NCBI RefSeq assembly: GCF_963921235.1
Contig: NC_086097.1
Location: 142,726,001-142,790,000, forward strand
Reading direction: 5' to 3'
From: Mobula hypostoma
Lineage: Eukaryota
Length of the DNA: 64,000 nt
In this document: one piece after another, positions 1 through 11,838 of the stretch
Numbering within the stretch: position 1 is the first letter of the stretch
Layout: each line of letters opens with the position of its first letter
Program-made: the position numbers and the translations under genes
Notes under the pieces: model-generated
What the model was told of the DNA's origin: nothing
Database searches by the model: none
Seen by the model: only the letters and a program-made list of their open reading frames with translations

Positions 1-327
1 CATACTAAACAAATACATAATGGTTATCTTTTTTACAATCTGAGAGCCATGAAATATTTTCACAGAAATGGCGCATGCTGGCTTGGTGCCAGCTTGAAAA
101 CATGACAGCGTATGACACATTTTGAAATCCCTGCAGACCAGAGCTGTACAGTGCCTGTAAAAAGTGTTCACCCTCCTTGGAGGTCTGTCTTCATGTTTTA
201 TCGTTTTACAGCATTGAATCACAGTGGGTTTAATTTGGCTTTTTTCACTGATAACAGAAAAAGTCTCTTTTGTGTCAAAGTGAAAGCAAAAAGTGATCTA
301 AATTAATTACAAATATTGTATAAGTAT

Positions 328-1751
328 TCATCATCATCAAGTGCCATGCCCAGTTTGAGCTTTGACTACCAGGGCCCACACACTCCTGCTTTGGGTTAAG
401 TGGATCAATTCATTGGTATTCATTTCCAGTTCTCTGGCTGTTGTCTCCATCATTATTTGTCTTTGCCTTCCTCTTGCTTTCTTCCCTTCAATCTTTCCCA
501 TAATTACCATTCATGCTAACTTCTCTTTCCTAATCATATGTCCAATGAAGTTACATTGTCTTTTCATGATCTCATACATTATTTCTCTTTTTGTGCTTGC
601 ACTGTTCATGACATCCTCGTTAGGTATTCGTTTCGTCCATGATATTCTTTGCATCCTCCTCTGCTGCTACAATTCGTTTCCTCATGTTACTAGACATTGT
701 CCAACATTCTGAACCATATAACATAACTGGATAAACGTAACATTTCAGTACTCTGAGGCGGGATGTCATGCCTAGTTTAGTGTTGGTCAGTATATTCTTC
801 ATTCTCGTAAAGGTGTCTTTTGCCATCCCTATTCTTCTTTTGATGTCATGTCGCATCTGCCATCTGATGTCACTCAGCTTCCTAAGCAGCAAAAGTTCTG
901 TACTTGTTTTATGTCTTCCCACTTATTCTCAGCCTGCAGATAGGATTCTCCTTTTTGGATATCACCATACATTCTTGTCTTTTTGCTATTGATAGATAGA
1001 CCCATTTTTTCACTTTCTTCAACAACTATATCAATTAAGTTTTGTAGTTCTTCCTCCGTACTTGCAATTAACACAGTGTCACCCGCATATCTGAAATTAT
1101 TGATGATTTCACGCCAACTTTGATTCCCAAAGATGTCTCTTATTTTTTGTAATATTGTTTCACTGTACACATTAAACAAATCAGGGGAGAAAACACACCC
1201 TTGTCTAACGCCTCTCTTGATTTTCATAAACTGACTCACTTCTCCATCTATTCTTAGAGCGGCAGTTTATTCCCAGTACAGATTTCTGATTAGGCAGAGG
1301 TCTTTCGAATCTAGATCTAGAGTTTCCTGTAATATTTCAAATAACTTATTGTGCTTCACTTTATCAAATGCTTTTGTGTAGTCGATAAAACAAACAAACA
1401 AATCTTTTTGCACTTGAATAGCTCGTTCTGATAGAATCCTTAACACCAATATCGTGTTTCTTGTACCTTTGTCTTTCACAAAACCATATTGTTCTTTACC
1501 TATTTCAGCTTGTATCTTACTTCTAGCTCTTGTCATCAAAATTCTTAGAAGTATCTTAGTGATATGACTCATTAAATTCATGGTCCTATGTAATTCACAT
1601 TCTATTTAAAATATGAAGTTTGTAATGCAATAAATAAGATGAAGAAAGGAAAGGCAGCAGGACCTGTTGAATTAGCAATAGAACAAATTATCGTCCTCGA
1701 AGATTATGGAATTGAAAAACTTACTGATTTAATCAATGACATTTATAAGAC
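328..1751 (-). mobile_element. RTE-clade LINE, 5'-truncated with a 5' inversion
   Basis: (TCA)n tail at 328-339. Minus ORFs carry RTE RT motifs (EQYGFVKDKGTRN, FIDYTKAFDKV, GVRQGCVFSP, NNFRYAGD). Segment 1606-1751 reads on + as LKYEVCNAINKMKKGKAAGP..INDIYK. Confidence 0.9.
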
Positions 1752-1929
1752 ACACTAAATTCACTGGTGCAGCCAATTTGTTTTAGAATTCACATAATTA
1801 GTTAAGTGGAGATCTGTGTTTTGGAGACTTGTGTGCAGTCAAGCTTGTTTCAATTGATTGTAGTAAAATTACACCTGTACCTGGAAGGACCAACTGCTGG
1901 TGAGTCAGTATCCTGGCAAAAAATACACC

Positions 1930-2929
1930 ATGAAGACAAAAGAACACTCCAAACAACTCCACAAAAAGGTTATTGAAAAGCCCAAGTCAGGAGATGGATA
2001 CAAGAAAATCCCTTGGAATACAGTTACATCAATCATCAAGAAATGGAAAGAATATGGCACCGCTGTAAATCTGTTTAGAGCAGGCTGTCCTCAAAAACTG
2101 AGTAACCATGCAAAAAGGGGACTAGTTGGGGAGGCCAGCAAGAGACCTATGACAACTATAGAGGAGTTACAAGCTTCAGTGACTGAGATGGGAGAGACTG
2201 CGCATACAACAACTGCTGCCCGGGTGCTTCACCAGTCACAGCTTTATGGGAGAGTGGTAAAGAGAAAGCCACTGTTGAAAAAATCTCATGAGATCTTGGC
2301 TAGAGTTTGCCAGAAGGCATGTAGGAGACTCTGAAGTCGGCAGGAAGAAGGTTCTATGGTTTGATGAAACCAAAATTGAGCTTTTTGGCCATCAGACTAA
2401 ATGGTATGTTTGGAGTAAGTCAAACACCGCACATCGTCAAAAACACGCCATCCCGCCTGTGAAGCATGATGGTGGCTGCATCATGCTGTGGAGATGCTTC
2501 ATTGCATCATGCTTCAATGGAAAGCCTGTGAAGGTAGAGGGTAAAATGAATGCAGCAAAATACTGAAAAATCCTGGAGGAAAACCTGATGCAGTCTGCAA
2601 GAGAACTGCGACTTGGGAGATTTGTTTTCTAGCAAGACAATGACCCCAAGCATAAAGCCAAAGCTACACAGGAATGGCTTAAAAACAACAAAGTTAATGT
2701 CCTGTAGTGGCCAAGTCAGGATCCAGACCTCAATTCAATTGAGAATTTGTGTCTGGACTTGAAAAGGTTGTTTACTTGCCATCCCCATGCAATCTGACAA
2801 AGCTTGAGCCCTTTTGTAAAGAAGAATGGTGAAAAATTGCAGTGTCCAGGTGTGCAAAGCTGATAAGAGACTTATCCACACAGACTCAAGGCTGTAGTTG
2901 CTACCAAAAGTGCATCTACTAAATACTGA
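1930..2929 (+). pseudogene. Tc1 transposase pseudogene
   Basis: MKTKEHSKQL.. HTH region, WFDETKIELFG, QDNDPKH and WPSQDPDLNSIENLC motifs. Broken by frameshifts and stops. Confidence 0.92.
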
Positions 2930-3446
2930 CTTGAAGGGAGTGAATACTTAGGCAATCAATTATTTTGTTTTTTATATTTGCAATTAATTTAGATCATTTT
3001 GTAGATATCTATTTTCAGTTGATCAGTGTCAAGAAAGCCAAATTGATTCTACTGTGATTCAATGCTGTAAAACAACAGAACATGAAAACTTTCAAGGAAG
3101 TGAATACTTTTTATGGGCACTGTATATCAATATTTGGATAGTAACTGGTTACAATAATAATAGTTCAGAAATGTTATTCTTCAATTATCTTAAGATTAAT
3201 ATTAATAATTTTTGAACAGGTTTTTATAAAATTGCTTCATTTCAATTTGTCTCTGTTCTACTTCTATACAAAGAACACACATATATAAGCAATAGAACTC
3301 ATCCTTTTCCCCTCAAGTTCATAACTATTGTTACTAATTCATTAATGATAACCCCTGACAAAATAACTAAGCCATATACAAGAATCTTTTTTTAAGAAGA
3401 TAACTTGGGCATATACACTCAAAAAGGTTAAACATCCCTGCCTTAC

Positions 3447-3530
3447 CCTCCAATAATTATCAGTCCATGTCTCCCAGGCAGTCTTGGACTTCTGGTGATC
3501 TTGTCTCCGTAAGAATTTAGTTTCAGTGCC
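3447..3530 (-). other. Candidate internal exon (84 nt) of the minus-strand host gene
   Basis: Acceptor catttctgtgtttcag| and donor GG|gtaagg. Length is a multiple of 3. Open in phase 2 (ALKLNSYGDKITRSPRLPGRHGLIIIG) and phase 0 (GTETKFLRRQDHQKSKTAWETWTDNYWR). Confidence 0.65.
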
Positions 3531-3896
3531 CTGAAACACAGAAATGTGCTAACCTCCTTCTGAAAACCCACAGCCTAGATGGTCATGGTTCCTCTTGTCC
3601 CAACTTATTTCTTACTGCCTTGACTTTTGCTTCCCTCCTTTTCAAGTCAATTTCCTCTTACTTCCATAACACCTTTGTTTGCTTGTCTCAACTGGTTTAT
3701 TTTAAGCTGGATGTCCAATTTCTCGACATCATGATCGTCTTGGGATCTTTTCACTCCAAACATACAAATCAAGAGCAGAAGGCGGTCATTAGACCTGTCG
3801 AGTCTGCTCAGCCATTTAACAACTTCATGGCTGATTTAACTGAAAGACTGGCATGTCCAATCTATCCTTATAAATCAATTCACACCATTCCCAAGC

Positions 3897-4891
3897 TTGA
3901 AAGTGCATTTATTATCAAAGGACGTATAAATTATACAACCCTGAAATTTATCTGCTTACAGGCAGTCGCAAAGCAAGGAACTCGAAAGAACCCAATTAAA
4001 AACAAGACCAACCCCCAACGTGCACAGAGAAAGAGAAAGCAAATAGAAAACAAATCATATAAAGAAGTGAGCCACTGCATTCTGAACCAAATTGAGTCCT
4101 TAAATCCAAATCCCTACAATAGGCCCAAAACCTCAGTATTATATTTATATTAGCAGGGCAAATCGCCGCAAAGTTCTCAGACATGAAGCACAGCAGCCGT
4201 GGGAAGTCTCACAGTCTTAGCGTTGCGGAGAGAGAAGCCCCCAGACTATCTGGGCCGGCGTTTAAAGTGTCCGAACCTTGCACTAGGACCCGGGCTCCGT
4301 CACCAGCGAATTGCTCTGGACCTAGATTTCGCTGCCGAAGAAGCCGTTCTTGACCTCTCCAAATCAGCTAGGGCCTAGCGCAATCTAATCTTGTCCAACT
4401 CTCAACACCTGCCTTTCCAGTCTATATGGGCCAGCACTTATATTGTTCAAACAGCGGATTGGACCTTGCTTTAGGACCCGAGCCTTACAGTGGTGAGTCG
4501 CTCCGGCTTCACCAATGCACTTTGGACCTGAATTTCACTGCCGAGGCTGTTCTTGACCTTTCCAATTCAGCTCAGCGTTTAGAGAGATCCACCCTCGTAC
4601 CTGGGTTGGTTGGACAGGGATCAGTATCCTCTGTCCCATGTTCTCCCCTCCGAGTCGTTCACACCAACCAGCAAGGCTCCAAGTCCAAGTGCATCGATTT
4701 TGCAGCGGACTAACAGGGCACATCCCGTGAATTTGCTCTGCCTTCGCTCGCTTCTTCATTGACTGCAGTGATAGTTTACCACAATTTACTGAAACAAGTG
4801 TTCTTAATAATGGTTTTAATTGAATTTCTTTGCTTTCGAACTACCAGTAAGCTGCTGCACATCTTCGGTAGCGCCATCTTAAACCAGGAAG
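3897..4891 (-). mobile_element. Non-autonomous retroelement with a Rex1-like 3' tail
   Basis: Minus 5' end TTCCTGGTTTAAGATGGCG. The 3' end tttgataataaa resembles the tails of Rex1-type copies at ~38270 and ~48480 and the fragment at 49210-49475. No RT ORF. Confidence 0.6.
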
Positions 4892-6145
4892 TTATATATA
4901 TCAGTTCAGTAAATTTTCTTTGAACTGTTTTAATGCATTATGTAAGGACAGTAGTAATTTAGAGACTATTGCAAACGTGGTCTCACCAGTGCCCTATGTA
5001 ACTGAAGGATGCCCTTTCTTACTTGTTTTCAGTTTACTAGCAATAAACAATAATGAATTACAGTAAGGTCATAAGAGATAGGAGCAGAATGAGGCCACTT
5101 GGCTCATCATGTCTGCTCTGCCATTCCATCACGGCTGATTTGCCTCTCAACCCCATTCTCCTGCATTTTCCCCGTAACCTCTGAAACCCTGACTAACCAA
5201 GAAACTACAAATATCCGCTTTAAACATACTCTATGATTTGGCTTCCGCAGCTGACTGTGGCAATTAATTCCACAGATTCACCACCCTCTGGCTAAAGAAA
5301 TTACTTCCCATCTCTGTTCTAAACAGATGTCCTTTTATTCTGCGGCTGTGCCTTCTGGTCCTAGACTCTCCCACTATAGGAAACATCCTTTCCATAACCA
5401 CTCTGTCTAGGCCTTTCAATATCCGATAGGTTTCAATGAGATTACCCCCACCATTCTTCTAAACTCCAGCGAGTACAAGCCCAGAGCCATCAAATGCTCC
5501 TCATATGTAAACCCTTTCGTTCCCAGAATCATTCACATAAACCTCCTCTGAACCATCTCCAATACCAGCATGTTTTCTTAGAAAAGGGGCCCAAAACTGC
5601 TCGCTATAGTTCAAGTGCAGTCTGACCAATGCCTTATAAAGCCTCAGCATCACATAATTGCTCATCAGTCCACTTGAAACGAATGGTAACATTGCCTTTG
5701 CCTTCCTTACCGCGACTCAACCTGCAACTTAAACTTCAGGGAAGCCTGCAGCAGGTCTCCTAAATCCCTTTGCACCTCTGATTTTTGAATTTTCTTTGTT
5801 TGGAAAATAGTCCACACTTCTTTCTGCCAAAGCGCATGACCATACACTTCCCTACGCTACATTTCACCTGTAACTTCTTTGCCCATTCTCCCAATCTAAG
5901 TCCATCAGCAGACTCTACTTACACTACCTACCCCCTCCACCTATCTTTGTATCGTCCACAAACTTGGCCACCAAGCCATCAATTCCATTATCAAATGGTT
6001 GACATCTAATGTGAAAAGAAACTGATCCAATACCAACCTCTGTGGAACACCAATCGTCTCTGGCAACCAAACAGAATAGGCTCCCTTTATCTGACTCTTT
6101 GCCTCCTGCCAGTAAGCCAATCTTCTATCCATGCCAGTATCTTTC

Positions 6146-7158
6146 CAGATCACTCTGAGCACTGGTGCCCCACATGGCTGTGTACTCAGCCCCCTGCTGT
6201 ACTCACTGTACACCCATGATTGTGTAGCCAAGTTTCCATCAAACTCAATATATAAGTTCGCTGATGACACAACAATTGTAGGCCGTATCTTGGGTAATGA
6301 TGAGTTTGAGTACAGAGAGGAAATTAAGAACCTGGTGGCATGGTGCGAAGACAATAATCTATCCCTCAACGTCAGCAAGATGAAGGAATTGGTTGTTGAC
6401 TTCAGAAGGAGTAGCAGACCACACGAACCAATTTACATCGGTGGTGCGCAAGTGGAACAGGTCAAAAGCTTTAAGTTCCTCGGGGTCAATATCACAAATG
6501 ACCTGACTTGGACCAACCAAGCAGAGTCCACTGCCAAGAAGGCCCACCAGCGCCTTTACTTCCTGAGAAAACTAAAGAAATTTGGCCTGTCCCCTAAAAC
6601 CCTCACTAATTTTTATAGATGCACCATAGAAAGCATTCTTCTAGGGTGCATCACAACCTGGTATAGAAGTTGTCCTGTCCAAGACTGGAAGAAGCTGCAG
6701 AAGATCGTGAACACGGCGCAGCACATCACACAAACCAATCTTCCGTCTTTGGACTCACTTTACACCGCATACTGTCAGAGCAGTGCTGCCAGGATAATCA
6801 AGGACACCATCCACCCAGCCAACACACTTTTCGTCACTCTTCCCTCCGGGAGAAGGCACAGGAGCTTGAAGACTCATACAGCCAGATTTGGGAACAGCTT
6901 CTTTCCAACTGTGATAAGACTGCTGAACGGATCCTGACCCAGATCTGGGCCATACACTCCAAATATCTGGACCTGCCTCTTGGTTTATTTGTACGACCTT
7001 ACTTTCCATTTTCTATTTATGATTTATAATTTAAATTTTTAATATTTACTATTGATTTGTAATCCAGGGAGCGGGAAGCGCAGAATCAAGTATCGCTGTG
7101 ATGATTATACGTTCTAGTCTCAATTGTTTGGCGACAATAAAGTATAAAGTATAAAAGT
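6146..7158 (+). mobile_element. Rex1/Babar-type LINE, 5'-truncated, young (copy A)
   Basis: Open frame [42 protein letters not shown] ending at 6937, then a 3'UTR and AATAAAGTATAAAGTATAAA tail. Confidence 0.93.
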
Positions 7159-7196
7159 AATATCGCAGGCTCTTATTTAGTTAAGCAGTCTCATAC

Positions 7197-7368
7197 GGCA
7201 ATGGTCCCCAACCTCTAGGCCGCGGACCGATACATTGCTGTGAAGAATGCAGCGGTGTAGTGGTGGCTGTAATGCACCCAGCACATCTTTAAGAAAAAAG
7301 CCGAAATAAACAAGCTAATTAATTAGGTGCCACCCGGCACGTATATGTTGGCCCAGATCAGAGGTGAT
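7197..7368 (+). mobile_element. hAT-type MITE 5' fragment
   Basis: Starts with caatggtccccaacctctaggccgcggacc, similar to the hAT terminus at 11839. Confidence 0.55.
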
Positions 7369-8672
7369 TGCTGTTACTTTCTCAAAGAATTCCAAAAGAA
7401 TTGGTATACAATATCCAGCATTTTGTACAGATCCTTCTATATTTTGTGAGCATTGCAACAACTCACCATTTACATAATTTTAATTTTAAAAAAAGATGCA
7501 TTTTTCCTACCAGTCACATTTTCCCATATTATACTTTCCATTTCCTATTAAATAGTCAATTATCTATCCACACCAATATGTTACTCTTTACACTGTGAAA
7601 TATCATTTTCTTCAATAAACTTTTATCTTATGCTTTCAGGAAATAAAATATTTTACATCCACTCTTTATCCAAAACACATTATATCTTCAAAGGGCTGCA
7701 ATAAATTGGTCAATGATGGTTTTTTGTTTTTCCTCGACATAAAACTATGTTGACATTGCCTGATTACCTTGAATTTTTCCATTGCTATGCTATGACATAA
7801 CTGCTATGACATAATCTTGAATACTTTCCTCATGACAGATGTTAAACTAACTGGATTGCCTTCTGTTTCCTTTCCTTCACGAATAAATTAGTTACATTTG
7901 CTATTTTCAAACTAATGGGATCCTCCCAAATTGAGGAAAGAATTGAAAAATCAAAGCCAAATTATCAACTATTTTACTTTAATTAAGATTTAGAACAAAG
8001 TACATCAGCAGCTAAGTCCACAGCTCCAACCATTTGTTCAGTACTACTTCCTTGGTGGTTACAAGTTTCCCCAAGTTCCACCCTCCCAAGTACAGATATT
8101 TCCAGCGTAATACTTTATCGTCTGTAATGAAGATTAACGCAAAATACTTGCTTAATTCACTTGGCATCTCATTTTATTCCACAATAACTTTCAATTAGAA
8201 CTCTGATAATTATTTTCTTTTTTGGAAGGTTACAGAAAATGTTACTTGGTATTTCTGGCTGGCATTGCTTGTACTCTAATTTTACCTCTGTTAATCTTTT
8301 AGTCAATCTTTGCTGTTTCTTTTTAACCTATCATATACAATCTGATTGCCACGCATGTTTGCACAATTATATGCTTTTTCATTTAAATTGGGGGCTACAC
8401 GGTTGCTTAGCAGTTAGCATAATACTATTATGGCTCCAGAATGTGCTGTTCTAGGAACTTATCCTGAAACCAATATGAACTCCTTATTGTTCATATAGGA
8501 AAAATACCTTTCCTTGGTATTTTTATTTTATTTGTAAATAAAATTTCCCTTGAAAAGTCCAAATTCTCCTTTAATTTCACTCAATTCCTCTGAATCAACA
8601 CTATAGCTACAGGGAGCCATATGCAATAGAACAACGTTTGCCTTATTCCAGAAGACTTGGAACAACCTGTAT

Positions 8673-10210
8673 CAAAGTTCAAAGTAAAATTTATTATCAG
8701 TGTTTTCTCGTGGGTATACTTAGAAAATCTATAGAACAGTAACTGTAAGCAGGATCAATGAACAACAAACTCTGCAAATGCAAATATAAATAAACAGCAT
8801 GAAATAATAAGATAAAGAGTCCTTAAAGGGAAACCATCGGTTGTGGGAACACTAGAAAAAGAATGACTGTAGTTATCCACTTTTGTTGAAGAGCCTGGTG
8901 GTTGAGGGATAGTAACTGTTGTTGAACCTGGTGGTGCAAGTCCTGAGGCTTTTGTACCTTCAATCTGATGGCAGCAGTGAGAAAAAAAGCTTGGTCTGGG
9001 TGGTGAGGACCTTTGATGATGGATGCTGCTTTTCTAGGGCAACATTTCAAGTAGATGTGCTCAATGTTTGGGAGGGTATTACCTCTGCTGTACTGGGTTG
9101 AATCCACTACCTTTAGTACAATTTTCTGTTCAAAGGCATTGGTGTTCCCATACCAGGCAGAAATGAAGCCAGTCAGCCCACTTCTGACCACACATCTACA
9201 GAAGTTTGTCAAGGTTTTTGCTGACATGCCGAATCTCTGCAGACTCCAAAGGAAGTAGAGGCACTGTTGTGCTTTCTTTGCAATTACATTTAAGTCCTCT
9301 GAGATGGTGACACCCAGGGATTTAAAGTTACTGACCCGCTCCACCTCTGATCCTTCAATGAGTACTGGCTCATGGATCTCTGATTTCCCTTTCCTGAAAT
9401 CTACAATCAGTACCGTGGCCTTGCTGATATTGAGTGAGAGGTTGTTGTTATTATACCAATCAGGCAAATTTTCCATCTCCCTCCTGCATGCTGATTAATC
9501 ACCACCTTTGATACAGCCCACAACAGTGGTGTCATCAGCGAACTCTTATATAGTGTTAGAACTGTACTTAGCTGTACAGTCATAAAGATAAAGCGAGTAG
9601 AGCAGGACAGCCAGATATTCCATCTGGACTGGCTACTTTTCTTGGATTCACTCACTTGAAGGCAGCCTGCAAGTCATCTTCAGATACTGAGACCAAAGGA
9701 TCATTGAAGGACATATGAGTGTGCAATGACTCCTCCCTGTTCTGGTGGTCAAAGTGAGCATAGATGATGTTGAGTTCATCTGAAAGTGATGCTCTACTGT
9801 CCCTATGTCACTAGATTCAACTTTGTAGGAAGTTATAGCAATCAAGCTGTCAAGCATCCCTCATTGATTCTAGTCTAGTCTGGAATCTCCACTTTGCCTG
9901 TAAGATGGGTTTCTGAAGATCATAGCTGCATCCCTTGAAGTATTCTTGATCTCTCGACTTGCATGCCTCTGATCTTGCCCTCCATAAATTCTGGATTTCA
10001 TGCTTCATCCAGGGTGTCTGATTGGGGTAAACTCTGAACAATTTCATGGGGACAGACTCATCTATAGCTGTCTTAATAAAGTCTATAACGACCCTGGTGT
10101 AGTCACTCAGATCCTCAAATGAATGCTTGAACATAGCCCAGTCCTCTGACTCAAGACAATCCTGTAACTGTTCCTCTGTCTCCCACTACCAACTCTTAGT
10201 TGTCTAGATC
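8673..10210 (-). mobile_element. Rex1-type LINE, decayed, with internal deletion
   Basis: Minus ORFs 8823-9476 (NNNLSLNISK..VDFRK) and 9850-10134 (YPNQTPWM). DELNIIYAHFD lies at ~9750-9780. Confidence 0.88.
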
Positions 10211-10229
10211 TCTGGTATCAATCCTACTT

Positions 10230-10960
10230 GGGCGCTGTCTCTCATCTTTTCAGATACTGTGACAACTTAATTTTCTGCAGTCACACAGAATTTGAAGATT
10301 ACATCAGTTTTGCTAAAATTTCCACTTGGTTCTCACTTCCATATGGTTCAACTCAGAATCTTGCCCCTCTGCATCTCCATCTCAGGGAATGTTTGTTGTC
10401 TAGAATATATTACAATTCACCAACTGTATTGCTATCTTCACTGCAACTCCCCCATCTTGCCTCCAATCCATTTTCCCAGTGTTTCTGGCTCTGTCATATT
10501 TGTTCTGATGATTAGACTTTCAAGTGCTTCAGAGATGCTTTCCTTAATTGTGTCTCCCTTCCACCATTGCTCACAAGGTTCTCAGTCATTACCCACACTT
10601 CTGTTCCTTAGCTCTCTCCTCCCACTCCCATCTTATGCATTCAGAGAAACCTCCTCTAATTTCTGCCACCTTCAACACAACACCACAACCGGATGCATCG
10701 TCTCATCCCCTACCCTCCCAGCATTCCAAACTGACCATTCTGTCTGCGGCTAGTTCAGACTTCCTCCACCAACATTCTCCCTCTCATAGTAGCTTTGCGA
10801 GCAACTGCAGGAGATGCAACAATTCCCCCTTCACACCATCCAAACACTTCTTCCAGGTAAAGCAGTGGGACATTTGCATCTCTTTTCAATTTAGTACTCT
10901 GTATTTGGTGTTAATACAGTTGCAGAACACCTTTGGTCAAATTGAAAGTGTGACCCTGAG
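10230..10960 (+). mobile_element. Old Penelope-like element remnant
   Basis: LFRYCDN..SHTEFEDYISFA resembles the PLE RT RYxDD region. PLPAF..DHS and CRRCN-like pieces precede the GIY-YIG region. Confidence 0.55.
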
Positions 10961-10968
10961 TTTTCTAT

Positions 10969-11166
10969 AAACACAAGAGATTCTGCAGATGCTGGAAATT
11001 CAGATCAACACACACAAAATGCTGGAGGAACTCAGCAGGTTGGGCAGCATTTATGGAAAGGAATAACTAAATGATGTTTTGGGTTGATACCATAGGGGTC
11101 TATGACCCTATTCCTTTCCGTAGATGCTGCCTGACCTGCTGAGTTCATCCAGCATTTTAGGTGTTG
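10969..11166. mobile_element. Penelope terminal-repeat insertion (tail + inverted repeat)
   Basis: Tail aaacacaagagattctgcagatgctggaaat, then arms aaaatgctggaggaactcagcagg.. and ..cctgctgagttcatccagcatttt. Diverged TSD-like flanks gaccctgagttttct / gactttaagctttct. Confidence 0.8.
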
Positions 11167-11699
11167 ACTTTAAGCTTTCTGTTGCCTCTCACTTTATCTC
11201 TCCATTCAGCTTCCAGAGACATCAAGAACACTTGAAGTTGTAAAACTTTGTGAAAAATTGTTTCCTGATTTCACTAATGAATAATACTTCTTTCCGATTA
11301 CTCCTATTTGTTTTGGATTTGATCACTACAGGAAATAGTTTCTCTGCACATAGCGTCTGATCTTATTGTTTTAAATACAGGGGTGAGCTTCTCCCACGCT
11401 ATCTGGCAAATACAGTTTTGGAATAAGCTGCCAGAGAAAGCAGTGGAAACATTTGGACAGATACTTTGACAGGAAAGGGGAAGAGGGATACAAGACTAAT
11501 GCAGGCAAATGGGAGTAGTGTAGAGAGGCATCATGGGCAGCATGGACAAGGTGAGGTGCAAGAGCCTATTTCTGTGCTTCATGATTCTATGATACTATCT
11601 CAGATTGATTATACTTCAAGCATGTCAACTGTGAAAAGAGTTGTGTGAAAAATTCATGCAACTTCACTATCACCTTCTAGCTTGTACTCATTCCCTTCC

Positions 11700-11830
11700 C
11701 CCCACATACTTATTCTGGCTTCTTCCCCCTTCCTCTCCGGTCCTGATGAAGGTTCTTGGTCTGAAACGTCAACAGTTTATTCATTTCCACAGAAGCTGCC
11801 TGACCTGCTGAGTTCCTCCAGCATTTGGTA
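11700..11830 (+). mobile_element. Penelope terminal repeat with hammerhead core (helix I degenerate)
   Basis: gtc CTGATGA aggttcttggtct GAAA cgtc at 11740-11770, followed by gctgcctgacctgctgagttcctccagcattt. Confidence 0.75.
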
Positions 11831-11838
11831 GTGTAACA

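Larger units (their letters stand above)
149..3122 (+). mobile_element. Tc1/mariner DNA transposon (IR/DR-type long TIRs), interrupted by an RTE LINE
   Basis: TA|CAGTGCCTGTAAAAAGTGTTCAC at 149 is inverted to GTGAATACTTTTTATGGGCACTG|TA at 3122. The TIRs are about 200 bp and the element contains a transposase remnant. Confidence 0.93.
5066..8390 (-). mobile_element. CR1/HER1 LINE fragments, interrupted by a Rex1 copy and a hAT fragment
   Basis: Minus translation VMLRLYKALVRLHLNYSEQFWAP and GVPQRLVL; CR1-type 3' end at ~5066. CR1-like sequence resumes after 7158. Confidence 0.8.

Noticed and set aside
3620..4153. 177-aa ORF
   Set aside because: Runs across unrelated repeat fragments with a non-ATG start; chance frame.
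6131..6937. 268-aa RT ORF as a host gene or retron-like RT
   Set aside because: It is a 5'-truncated Rex1 LINE; its ATG comes from the flanking antisense CR1.
9650..9780. Exon-like signals on the minus strand
   Set aside because: Translates as a Rex1 linker (DELNIIYAHFD..VSEDDL), so it is part of the LINE.
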